Source: Podarcis filfolensis (taxonomy: Eukaryota). From it: a stretch of DNA of 64,000 nucleotides. Of the stretch, positions 25,901-36,389 are shown in pieces; the first letter of the stretch is position 1; each line of letters opens with the position of its first letter. The position numbers and the translations under genes were made by a program. The stretch lies in the NCBI GenBank assembly GCA_964270895.1, contig OZ185435.1; one strand, given 5' to 3'. Below the pieces are notes generated by a model. That model saw nothing but the letters and a program-made list of their open reading frames with translations, was not told where the DNA came from and searched no databases.

Positions 25901-27369
25901 GACCAATAAGAGGATGTAATTTCATCCAAGTGTTACGTTTGGGTGTAAAAGCTTGGCTGGTGTAAATACTGGTTAGGGAAAGTACCTGTTGGAGCTCCAC
26001 AGTTAGAGTGGAATGGCAAGAGACTTAGGAATAGGCTAAGGAGAGGCTCAGGGAAGCCTCTTGGAAACCAGGAACAGAGGAAGAGGCTGGCATCTGAAGG
26101 ATAGCTGGAGTTCCAGCCTAGGAGCCAATGTTACTAGGATGTCCACATGTTTCCTGTGATTTGGCTTAAAGCATGCTTGGATGGGGCTCGGAGAGAGCTA
26201 GCTACTTGATGCAAATGAGTTGCCACCAAGGGTGTTTATCCCATTGCCAGAAATCATCACTGGGTTGCAGCAGCAGAGGCAGAAGGCCGTACAGTACAAG
26301 TATGAAAAAGGAGACAGCCTCTTTGAAACAAAAAGGAAAGGAAAGTATCCATAAGTGTTTAAATACTTGCCAAGTATCATTTCTGGCTACCCCTGCCCAC
26401 TTCCCTTACTTCCCCCTCTTATTGAAGAAAAAATGCCCATAGTTGCTCTGTAGATTTTTACTTTTTTTTTAATCCATCATTTTGTCAAATGGCCATAAAA
26501 TGCTTCCATTATTCTGTCTAGGAAGTGTTCTTTATCACACAAAATGTCATTCATTGGATTGACACTTTAATAGACATTAATAGTGATTGTTCATGATTAC
26601 TATACTTACTCTCAGCACTTGCTTAGTACTTATGTATATGCACAGCTTTATTTTAGTATCTCCAACACTTCAAGGATTTTTATCTGTTCACACTCACTGC
26701 AATGAGGTTTTCTGCTTTATACCGAGGTGACTGTGACACCAGGGTCTCTGTATGACTCTTCAGCAGACATCTTCATTGTTTGCAAACATCATACTTTCGA
26801 CAATGAAAAAGAATTGACTTTTTGTGTCATTCCATTTTTCTCCTCTAAAACTTTCTATTCAAACATAAGGGGAAATGACAACTACAAAGTAGTTTCTTGA
26901 AATTACTATAAAAGTTTCTTGAAATAAGCAATGGATCTACCTTTTCCTATTCATCTGATTCTAATGTGCAAACATATCAGCTGCATATCTTTTCAGAGTA
27001 CAAAATGGCAGGTCACCACACCAAGGAGCTTACGATCTATAATTTGACAGAGAGAAAGTAACGTAGGAAGGCAGGTGGAGGCTGAATTGAACAGGGAAGC
27101 AATTAGCAGATGTTCCAGTTGCAATTGCCTAGGCTTGGTTGCAGGCCATCAGGTACAAGGACCAGAACAACTAGACTTCACAGAATACATGGGTTTCGAA
27201 TGAAGAGAGACAGAAAAATACACAGCATGTGGCCAGAACATGTGGCAACAATTAATATACATTAACAGAGGTTTTGCGTATTATGTTTCTGCTCAAGAAA
27301 ATGTTACATCATTGTACTTTTTCTGTAAATTTCTTCCTTCTGCACTGTTTCATTTCCATGGTATGTAAA

Positions 27370-27726
27370 AAAGGTAAAGGTAAAGGTACCCCTGCCTGTA
27401 CGGGCCAGTCGTGTCCGACTCTAGGGTTGCGCGCCCATCTCACTTAAGAGGCCGGGGGCCAGCGCTGTCCGGAGACCCTTCCGGGTCACGTGGCCAGCGT
27501 GACGAAGCTGCTCTGGCGAGCCAGCACCAGCGCAGCACACAGAAACGCCGTTTACCTTCCCGCTATAAAGTGGTACCTATTTATCTACTTGCACTTAAGA
27601 GTGCTTTTGAACTGCTAGGTGGGCAGGAGCTGGGACCGAAGGACGGGAGCTCACCCCGCCTCGGGGATTCGAACCGCCGACCATGCGATCGGCAAGCCCT
27701 AGGCACTGAGGTTTTACCCACAGCGC
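27370..27726 (-). mobile_element. Sauria SINE, near full length
   Basis: (ACCTTT)3 tail (aaaggt x3 on +, 27370-27387), pol III B box GGTTCGAATCC on the - strand (27665-27675), core tacctatttatctacttgcac, and many CpGs retained. Confidence 0.93.
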
Positions 27727-27879
27727 AAGGATTTTAAAAAGCACTAAACCACTATTTATGAAATATGCTAAGGTGGCTTTGTTGAGGTTGAATGATAAAA
27801 CCACAGTAAAAGTTTTCTCATGCTTCAGTGTTTTTATTTTTATTTTTAAAAAAGATGGATAGAAAGATGGATTGAAAAT

Positions 27880-28263
27880 CAGTGTGGCATAATGGTTAAA
27901 GTGTTGGGCTAGGACCTGGGAGGCCAGGTTTCAAAATCCCACTTGGCCATGAAGCTCACTGACTGGCCTTGGACTAGTTTCTGCCTCCCAGCCTAACCTA
28001 CTTCTCAAGGTTGTTATAGGTATTAAATGAGGAGGATGGGAACCATGTATGCCACCTTGAACTCCTTGGAGAATCATAGAATTGTAGAGCTGGAAGGGAA
28101 CTCAAGGGTCATCTAGTCCAATACCTTGAAATGCAGGAATCTACGGCCCCCATCTAATTTGAAACCATACTGGACCCTGCTTTGTAAATGTACTAGCAGT
28201 TTTATTGCTGCACCACTGGGAGAAAAAGGTGGGTTATAAATATAGTCAAACAAACAAACAAAT
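27880..28263 (+). mobile_element. tRNA-derived SINE (MIR/Squam3-like), interrupted
   Basis: A/B-box-like head cagtgtggcataatggttaaagtg...caggtttcaaaatccc and body to ccaccttgaactccttggag (28071). The tail gaaaaaggtgggttataaat(caaa)n resumes near 28220. Confidence 0.75.
28070..28140 (-). mobile_element. CR1 LINE 3' end
   Basis: The reverse complement is ttggactagatgacccttgagttcccttccagctctacaattctatgattct, a CR1 3' terminus with ATTCTATG tail repeats. Confidence 0.85.
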
Positions 28264-28716
28264 CATAGCAATGAAATTGTTGGATGTTCTTGTAAATATT
28301 TTGGTTACGTAACCATTTTCTCATGCAAGTGCAATCGGAATTCATTCTTGATTAACAGCCATTTAACCAAATAAAGGTTCAAGGGTTAAGACCATATGGC
28401 CAATGTTGCTGCTTTTTTTACACAGTACAATTGAACTTGTTTTACACAAAGGAGTAGGATGTGGCTATACTGATTTGATGAAACCACCTCCATTAGCAAG
28501 GTCAGAAAGACTAGAAGCACTGAGCATTCCAATTATCTCTGGACAAATCAACAAAATTAGATGCTACTAATGAATTCATTACTTCAACCTAAGCACATTT
28601 TAATGTATTGGATGGTCAGTGATGTCTTTTCTTTGTTGAATAGGTCCATTAACTAAGAAGCTATTGCGTGAAATGTTTTGCCTTTGCTGATCCTTAATGT
28701 GTTTTTCTATTAACAG

Positions 28717-28811
28717 ATACAGAAGTGGTGTATAAAAGCAGACATGGGCATGTTGTTAAACTGAATGTAGAAACAAATACAAGTACGTTATTGCTGGAAA
28801 ATGCAACTTTT
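28717..28811 (+). CDS. DPP10: DPP10 internal coding exon (95 bp, about human exon 4), inactive dipeptidyl peptidase 10, Kv4 channel auxiliary subunit
   Basis: Acceptor tgtgtttttctattaacAG (AG 28715-28716) and donor GTaagt at 28812. A phase-1 start gives (D)TEVVYKSRHGHVVKLNVETNTSTLLLENATF, 24/32 identical to recalled human DTDVVYKSENGHVIKLNIETNATTLLLENTTF. Confidence 0.96.
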
Positions 28812-29479
28812 GTAAGTATTAACTCTTTTTATGATTACTATGGCAACAACAAGTTCTATTATACAGTCACAGACCTAGTAAAATTACTATACTATGTTTG
28901 GCAAAGAACCACATATCTTAAATGCATACCAATACAGCTTCTTTTTTTCTCCCCCTCTCCGCCTTCATTTCAAACTCCTGAAGCTTAATTGTACAGATGG
29001 TTAGCAATGTGACATGGCGGAACTGCTCACCATACTTGTGGAACATCTTCACCTTCTTTCCAGGCAATTCTAGATATGTAGAGCAGAGCAGATTATGGAC
29101 ATGTAGACACTGGTTTTCCATGATTATAGCATTAATTGATTATTTCTGTCCTTTCTCTGAATAAAACTGCTAGGTTTTCTGCTTATACTCCACTTGAAGA
29201 TAGTGATGTGATTTTTATAAGCTTTGGCTGCTTTATAAGCTATGCTGTTCTGAGGGTGGTGGGGGAGATGGAATGGCCTAGCCACTATCAAACATGACCT
29301 GATAACTGGTTATATTATTGCAGTCTGCTTAATGTGGGTCTTCCTTACTTGGATCTGTCTTCCATTTGTCTGTAAACAAGATGTGAAAAATGTTATTACC
29401 AAGGATGCTAGCTCTTCTTTTAGTGTGGAACACATGCCACCTGTAGAGAACTATGCTGACTACCAGTTAGTTTCCTCAG

Positions 29480-29895
29480 ATAATTCAAAGTGCTGGATTT
29501 GGGTTGTGGCTACCTAAAGGACCACCTGCTCCCACAGAAGCCTGGCCTTTGGTAGTCCTAAGCAGAAGTCATCACTCTGTAGGTAGGTTGGTGATGATAC
29601 AACACAGGGCCTTCTAGTTCTTGTTGCTTCTGAAACTCTCTCCATTGACCGTGTCATTCAGGCTTTGATGAATTTTAGAAGACAACTGAAAATGATTATC
29701 TTTCTCTTAACTTTTAATGAATTTGATTGGTGCTGCTGATAAAATGAATGTGCTGGTTGTGTTATCTGTTCAGTTTTGTTATAGATTTTTATTCCTAATT
29801 TTTAAAACAACGTTTAGGATATTAAAACATATATTTATAATGTCTAAAGAATCCTTGTGATTAAGTGGTGCAATACAAATATTTTAAATAAATAA
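29480..29895 (+). mobile_element. Degenerate L2 3' region
   Basis: ggctacctaaaggaccacctgctccc (YLKDHLLP-like) through gtggtgcaatacaaatattttaaataaataa tail. Confidence 0.55.
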
Positions 29896-29939
29896 TTTTG
29901 TTTTCAAGTAGGTTATTAGTGGATACAACAAAGTCTTAG

Positions 29940-29999
29940 CATCATAGAATTGTGGAGTTGGAAGGCACCACAAGGATCATTTAGTCCAACCCTTTGCAT
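29940..29999 (-). mobile_element. CR1 LINE 3' end
   Basis: atcatagaattgtggagttggaaggcaccacaaggatcatttagtccaaccctttgca, a reversed CR1 terminus. Confidence 0.8.
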
Positions 30000-30834
30000 T
30001 GTCATATAAAACATATTTACAGTAGTTCAGGACATGCACCCAACTGGGGTGGGTGGAATCTGTCACTTTGGGCTTCTCTCTTCTTCTAATTTTTCCTGTC
30101 TTAAGTACAGGTCTCCACATTGCCACATCAGTTTGTGATTATTATTTTTAGTTCTCAAGAAAATTCACCAGCTCTTAGTGTGAATTTATCCTAATATACC
30201 TATGTTTATATGCAGCTTTCCTTAATGCACACATGTGCATTTTTATGTCCCAGGTAAATCTCCTTCCACTATTTGGATGGTGATGACAAGCCATTCGAAA
30301 ACCCCAGAAAACCATTTCCAGTTGTGCCCTATAAATACTAAAGAAAAAAGACATCACAACAGATTTCCCACAATATAAAAACAACAGTGTCCCATTTCCC
30401 AGTTTGTGTTCCTATTTGTTCTCCTCATTTGACAAGATTTCCATTTTCTGAAGGAAGCCTTCTTGCCTGTAATAGCTTCCTTGATTATGATTATTAACTA
30501 TACAGACACTCTCATTGATGTATTTCCTGATTTGCATTATACATTCTAGCTGAGCCGGTGTTAATGTGCTTTTGAATAATGCCAAATATTCCGGAGATAT
30601 TTGACTTTCCTCATTTTGACTTTCATCTTCCTTTTTACCAGTCCCCTCATTTTTGGGGACATTTAAAGTAAAATGTAATGGTTGGACTTCCTTACGTGTA
30701 AGTTGAATTTGATAGCACTGTGGTCACTTTTCCTAGTCAGTTCAACAACACTTGTATCTCACACCAGGTTCTGGGTACCACATAAGATTAAGTTCAGTGT
30801 CTCCTCCCTTTGTCAGTTCCATAGCCAGCCAGTA

Positions 30835-30930
30835 AGAAATCTTACTTTTTTATCATAACTAGAAATTTTACTTCTTTATCTAGAAATCTTACTTCTTTAT
30901 CATATCATAATTTTATCATAACTTTATCAT
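30835..30930. repeat. Degenerate minisatellite agaaat(c/t)ttactt(c/t)tttatc x3 plus tttatcataa repeats
   Basis: Units start at 30835, 30861 and 30882. Confidence 0.75.
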
Positions 30931-33900
30931 TTTCCCTGTTTAAAAGATCAAGAGGCTGTTTAGACAGCAGAAATATTACTAAGTTCAGGAAGATGCCTCC
31001 CCCCCCCCACTATAAATTTAGTTTTCTTCATCATTGTAACAAATTCCTTCTCCTAGATGTATAGCCCTGAGCAAAGATGTAGAGGCTGGCTGCTAGGACT
31101 AAAATGAATATAGTATGAGGAGCAAAAGTGAAATTTCTGTAATATCCATGACAATAATCCAGTGTTGTAGATTGAGATTAAAGGTAGGTCTTGGTTGAAG
31201 GCTACTACACAAATGAATGTATTTTAGAAGTGAGCCTTTGTTTCTTAAACAGTGGATGTGGTGCAGTTTCTCCCCCCCCCCCATTTCTTATGTTCAGTTG
31301 AAAGGGGGGGGGACACTAACCGTACTTTAAAAGCAATTAAAATTGATGCAGTAGTAGTGCATAGCAAATGAGACTGTTGAGCAAAGATTAAAGGACCAGC
31401 CACACAACAACAGCAACACAGGGTATGTATTTAGTCAGGAAGCACAATTACCGGTAAACAAGAAAGGCTAAGTTGTTCTTGCAGGCTGATTTGAAAACTA
31501 ATTCAGTATCTCAGATATTGTAGAAATTTACCACTTAACTTGTGGGGAAATTAAAACAATGTGTCCTTAATTATACTGTTTTTTTGGTACATGAGTGTGT
31601 GCTTTATTTGCTTGGAAAAGAACGGATACTTTTGGCAAACACAAATGTCAAGAGACATGTTAAAGTTGTTTACTTAAGCGGGGCATGGAAGTTACATTCT
31701 TTCTGTTCCCCTCATTTCATTGCATGGTTCTCTAGTCTCAGGGCCGCAGTGGACTGATAGATCGTTTCAGAGTACAGAACTACTTTTACTTTCAGCAAAA
31801 ACTAATGTTTGTATTCCTAGAATACGTGAAACAATAAAGGTTGAGAATGGAGGGGGTGGGAGTCCTTCTTTGTAGTGTTTTATCTTTCTGTCTCCATTTG
31901 ACTATCACCCCTGTCATCTGTGGTACTGGCAATACTTGTGGTCACGGTTGTCAAGTGCATTCTTGGGCGCAGAGAAGAGGCTTGGGCTGCTTGTCCAAGG
32001 AGCATCGCACCCTCATGTATCACTGTCAAGTAGAGAATTAAAACTCAGGTCACGAAAGGTACTTTTTCGGGAAAAGGCAAGAAATTCAATCTGCAACTCG
32101 TTTTACACAGTTTTGCCCAATCCTGCTGTCAGTAGAATGAGAATCTTCTTATCTGAAAAGAACAAACTTTTACTTTTTTAAATGACAACTAATTAAATCT
32201 ATGATTCCCTTTTAATATTTTTAATGTAAATAAAATTTTGGGGATACTTCAGATAAGTTGGGAAAGAGTTGTGTTAACAAAACAACAGAATATATACATT
32301 AGTTAAGGGGGTAATCACATGTTGTTGTCTTTACGTGTTGTTGCCAACAACTCTCTGTTTGATAATCTCCAAAATAATCCCAGATATACGTGATGGAATT
32401 ACGTAACTTTAAAGTCGGTTGATGCAGACAATCATGCACCACAGAAAGCAAAATCAGACGTAATAGATGATTTCCTTTGTTTTTATTTGACCTGCTAGCA
32501 TATATTTTTTTTTTGGGGGGGGGGTGTTAGATATATTTTTTAGATAGAAAGACCTGTGTTTGTATTGTAAGAAATGAAGCATTTTGTTGTTGTTTTTATT
32601 TGTTTTGTTATTTAAACTGCTCTATGGTTAATATCCTTAAAACTACTTCTGGACCTTGTTCTTGAATTTGCTTCCATTCCACTATATGTTTCAGTTGCCA
32701 AATTATTTAATCAGGGATTTGAAAGAGAGCCTAAAACTGAATTAGGCATGGAGAGCTCCCTTCAGGGTTCTATAAATTGTTCACCTTGTGAATTTTGAAA
32801 ATATTCCAAATATTTATTTGCTGAGATGACTTTGGGCAAATATTTTTATATGTGGGGTGGCATTATCTATTTACTATATATTATATAACAGTAAAATGTA
32901 CTGTTATATCAGGAAAATCCAGCTGCTTGACACTTGAACTATAAATATATGCACAAAATGATGCAAAAACTAGAAAAGTGCTTACTTTCAAGTGACCATG
33001 TGGTCCAGGCTTAGTATGAAAAGCTGGTAGATCTCATGAGGCTCCTAGGGCCTCCTGCCCCAGACCTCTCTCCAATATGCGCTCTGACGAACATTAAATG
33101 CTTTTAATCCATGAAGGAGTTCTATCAAATCATATAAATCCCAGAACTGCTCTTTGCTTCTGTTTTCTTTGAGATTGCCTCCAGCCTGAATTTAAGTATT
33201 TGGGAGATCTTTGGTTTAAGCTGGTGTTGATACAGCATTCAATTTGAATACTTGTCTTTTCCAAGTCTCAGAAATGAGCTGTGGGTAGTCCCACAGAGCA
33301 GTAGAGTAGTAACTTCACTAAGGTGTGCATGGGGGATCCATATGTAAAGTTTTCATTAGGGACGGTTCTCCTGCTCCAAGTGATGCCCAGGTAGAGCAGC
33401 TATGAGTCAGAGATCACAGTTTTACAGCAGTCTAAAGTCCAAACAGAGCAAAAAAAACCCCCAAGAAGCCAGGCCAAAAAGCAGTCCAAAGTCTAAAACA
33501 GTGGCAACACAGGACGAAAGATCTAGAACCTGTCTTAGGGTAGCAGTTTTTCCCCTTGTGCAGCAAGCAGCTAGGTGGCAGGCAAAGACAACTGAGGGAG
33601 CTAGTTCAAGGATGTTGTACTAGTCCTCTGTGCTTGGAAAAGGAGACTTTTAAACCTGAGTTTTCAGAGCCCCACTCAGAACACAGCTGCACATTGCTTA
33701 CAGATTTGCTTTGCTCACGAGGAGTAGCTTACTCACAAGTATTCTTTTATTTCCTTATATGTCAAGTCCAGCATCTTGAACTAGCTCTGGAAACAGCTAC
33801 ACTAGAAACACAATGGTACTCAAGATGTTGACAGAATTTATTTAGGGGGCGGGGATGTAATATGAGAATGCCAACTCCAGGACAACAGCCAGGTTGCAAC

Positions 33901-34197
33901 GTTCTGCCCAAGCTGAAGTTTCTTGACAATTAATAGACTATCTAGAAGTCACTCAAGTATGAATGACTTTGTCTAGAACTTAGTCTTCCATTCCTATGAT
34001 TTTATTAACTTTGTTTTATTTGAATTCATTGTCTTAATTTGTGATTTTTTTTGTCAAATATGCTAATGTATTTTAATGTTATCTTGAGGCTTCTTTGGAA
34101 CTAACAAATCTATGGAACAGTTTTCAGGGCAGGAACAATCATTTGTAAGAATTAGTAATGGTTTGCTTTTTTTGTTAGGAACAACATATATTTGCTT

Positions 34198-34633
34198 AAA
34201 TAGACTTGAAAGAGAAGTTGCTGAATTACAATTTATTACTAAACTGAAAACTATGGAGAGACCTGGTCTGAATAGAGATATTGGATTCTTGTCTCATTAC
34301 ATATGCTAAAGCTATTTTTGGTCTTCTGCATACTATCCCTTGCTTTTTCCTGTAGGACTAATTGCAGTTGTTAACAGTCGTCAACAGGTTTACCATACCC
34401 ATTGAGTCAATCACTCATCTCCTACTTCCCTTCTGAGAAAAAACCCACCCCAACCTCCTACTATATATATGAGGGTCTGGTGACTTCTGTTTCAGTGTAT
34501 CTGAAGAAGTGTGCATGCACACAGAAGCTTATACCCAGAACAAACTTAGTTGATCTCTAAGGTGCTACTGGACAATTCTTTAATTTTTTTTTTATTTCAA
34601 CTGTGTCAGACCAACACGGCTCCCTACCTGAAT
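34198..34633 (+). mobile_element. Penelope-like element 3' end (GIY-YIG C-terminus plus pseudo-LTR)
   Basis: Encodes NRLEREVAELQFITKLKTMERPGLNRDIGFLSHY, matching the recalled PLE endonuclease tail (RE.AEL.FI.K...GLNRD..[FW]LSHY). It is followed by the typical ...ttagttgatctctaaggtgctactgga...ccaacacggct end. Confidence 0.85.
34497..34534 (+). ncRNA. Minimal type-I hammerhead ribozyme motif of a Penelope-like element, core mutated
   Basis: gtat-CTGAAGA-a-gtgtgcatgcacac-AGAA-gc-tt-atac. Stem I is gtat/atac, stem II is a perfect 14-bp palindrome, stem III is AGCT, and GAAA appears as AGAA. Confidence 0.75.
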
Positions 34634-34803
34634 ATATTTGCTTGTTTAACTTAGCATTATGATTTTTGACAGTTTACTTGCAGCAGTTCACAAAATGTTG
34701 TTTAAATACATTAGTAATTCATTGGTAATGCCAACAAATGCTCTATTTTGTGCTAATTAACTCACTGCTGTGTATTCCAAATTGCCCATTCCTATGGGAC
34801 AAA

Positions 34804-35050
34804 GTTCCTGTCAACCTAGCAGTTCGAAAGCACGTCAAAGTGCAAGTAGATAAATAGGTACCACTCCGGTGGGAAGGTAAACGGCTTTTCCGTGCGCTGC
34901 TCTGGTTTGCCAGAAGGGGCTTAGTCATGCTGGCCACATGACCCGGAAGCTGTACGCCGGCTCCCTCGGCCAATAAAGCAAGATGAGTGCCGCAACCCCA
35001 GAGTTGTCCATGACTGGAATTAACGGTCAGGGGTCCCTTTACCTTTACCT
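34804..35050 (+). mobile_element. Sauria SINE, 5'-truncated
   Basis: caacctagcagttcgaaagcacgtcaaagtgcaagtagataaataggtacc...ggggtccctttacctttacct tail, with no tRNA head. Confidence 0.92.
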
Positions 35051-35794
35051 ATGAGACAAAGAGGGGCATAAGCTCATGTGCAAGACATTTCCCCACTATA
35101 CTTTCCATTTTAGTTGTAATATATAATTCAGCTACAGATAAATACTCTTTCCATCTTCCCTGCACTATTGATGTGCCTTGTGCTTGACCTCTTTGTTCTT
35201 CAGATGGGAAGTATCTTCATATCCACGTAAAAAGAAATCCCTTCAATGGTTCCACTGCTTCAAGTATTTTCTGGTCCTTCCTCTACATCAGCTCCATTAA
35301 ATTCTTTCTGACACCACCATTACCTCTTGATTAAATTATAGCCTTGAATTCAATTGGGTGTCATGTATTCTTATCTAGACATAAAGTGTTATTAGTTTGA
35401 TAATGTTCCCTTCTCCTTTTCCATTTTTGCCACACCACTGAGGATTTTAAATCTTCTGTAAAGCATTTTCTTAAATAAAAAGTAGGTGTTGTGTAAAATG
35501 TTTGGACCAGGGGAAAAAAAAATCTCACTGCATGATATATGTATCTGCATTTTTATCAAGAAATCATGCTGCCTTGTTGCTTCTTGCATCAATTGCTTTT
35601 AAACTCTCTTGGTGTTTTTAATACTGTACTTTAATGTACTTTAATACTTGTTTTTTTAATACTTGTTTTATTTTAAGAACATCCCTTTCTCTGGGGTCTT
35701 TTAAAATGTAATATATATACACAATGTAATTGAAATGTCTAAGACAAAGTGTTCTTCATGTAACAAACTTACCAACACTGTGTTCTTTTCTTAG

Positions 35795-35869
35795 GTAACT
35801 TTCAAAGCATCAAGATATTCAGTCTCCCCAGATTTAAAATATGTTCTCCTTGCATATGACATCAAACAG
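35795..35869 (+). CDS. DPP10: DPP10 internal coding exon (75 bp, about human exon 5)
   Basis: Acceptor ttcttttcttAG (35793-35794) and donor GTaagc at 35870. Encodes VTFKASRYSVSPDLKYVLLAYDIKQ, 23/25 identical to recalled human VTFKASRHSVSPDLKYVLLAYDVKQ and much further from recalled DPP6. Confidence 0.97.
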
Positions 35870-36389
35870 GTAAGCTAGCAGTTGGCCAAAAATAAAATTA
35901 GAATACATGCTGGTTAGAAGTCTGAGCATAGTAATATGCAGAAAATTATACTTAAAACATCCTCATTTATGAAACAATATATATTTAACTCTTTTAATAC
36001 TGATGACATCCTGTGTTAATAGGATGGATTCAAAGTGTTGGTTCCATTTCCTTTTTGGATTAAGCTTGTTTTGGTTAGAATTTCTTACTACTGACATTTC
36101 TGTAAGGTTGTCTTGATGGATTGACAAGTCTTTATTACATTTGGATAACTTTTTTTTTTTTTACAGTAGTGTAATTCTGTGGGTTAAACCATATGCCATT
36201 CCAAAGATCCATAATCAAGATCTATTGCTTTTTAAAAATTAAGGGCATTGGGGGCAATGTCTGGGATGGGGGGAATTGGATCAGGATGAAAACTCTAGGG
36301 AGGGCAAGAATGTGTGCATATGCAAGATTGACTTTTCCAAGGGATCTAAACAACTTGGCACCAAATCGCTTATAGACATGGTCAGGTTT

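Larger units (their letters stand above)
28812..35794 (+). other. DPP10: Phase-0 GT-AG intron (6983 bp) of DPP10
   Basis: GTAAGT donor and tgtgttcttttcttAG acceptor. Joining the exons gives ...ENATF|VTFKAS..., continuous with DPP10. Confidence 0.93.

Noticed and set aside
27665-27726. tRNA gene suggested by the B box GGTTCGAATCC
   Set aside because: It is the head of a SINE and continues into Sauria body sequence. No cloverleaf or terminator is present.
27411-27737. 108-aa ORF (and 34743-34973 on the - strand)
   Set aside because: Chance open frames through GC-rich Sauria SINEs.
1-28716. Preceding DPP10 exon (...LSLEDLF...PEARWIN)
   Set aside because: No matching sequence was found by eye, so it probably lies upstream of the window. 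A TBLASTN search would settle it.
28725-28988. ORF-track 87-aa protein MVYKSRHGH...
   Set aside because: Only the part up to 28811 is coding. The rest is read-through past the GTAAGT donor, and the GTG start is an internal Val.
34112-34197. 5' part of ORF 34112-34309 as a host micro-protein
   Set aside because: Only the 3' part is Penelope-derived. The upstream ATG and codons are flanking intron that is open by chance.
28717-35869. Assignment to DPP6 or DPP4/FAP
   Set aside because: Despite the NVETNTST stretch, both exons, and especially the second, match recalled DPP10 far better.
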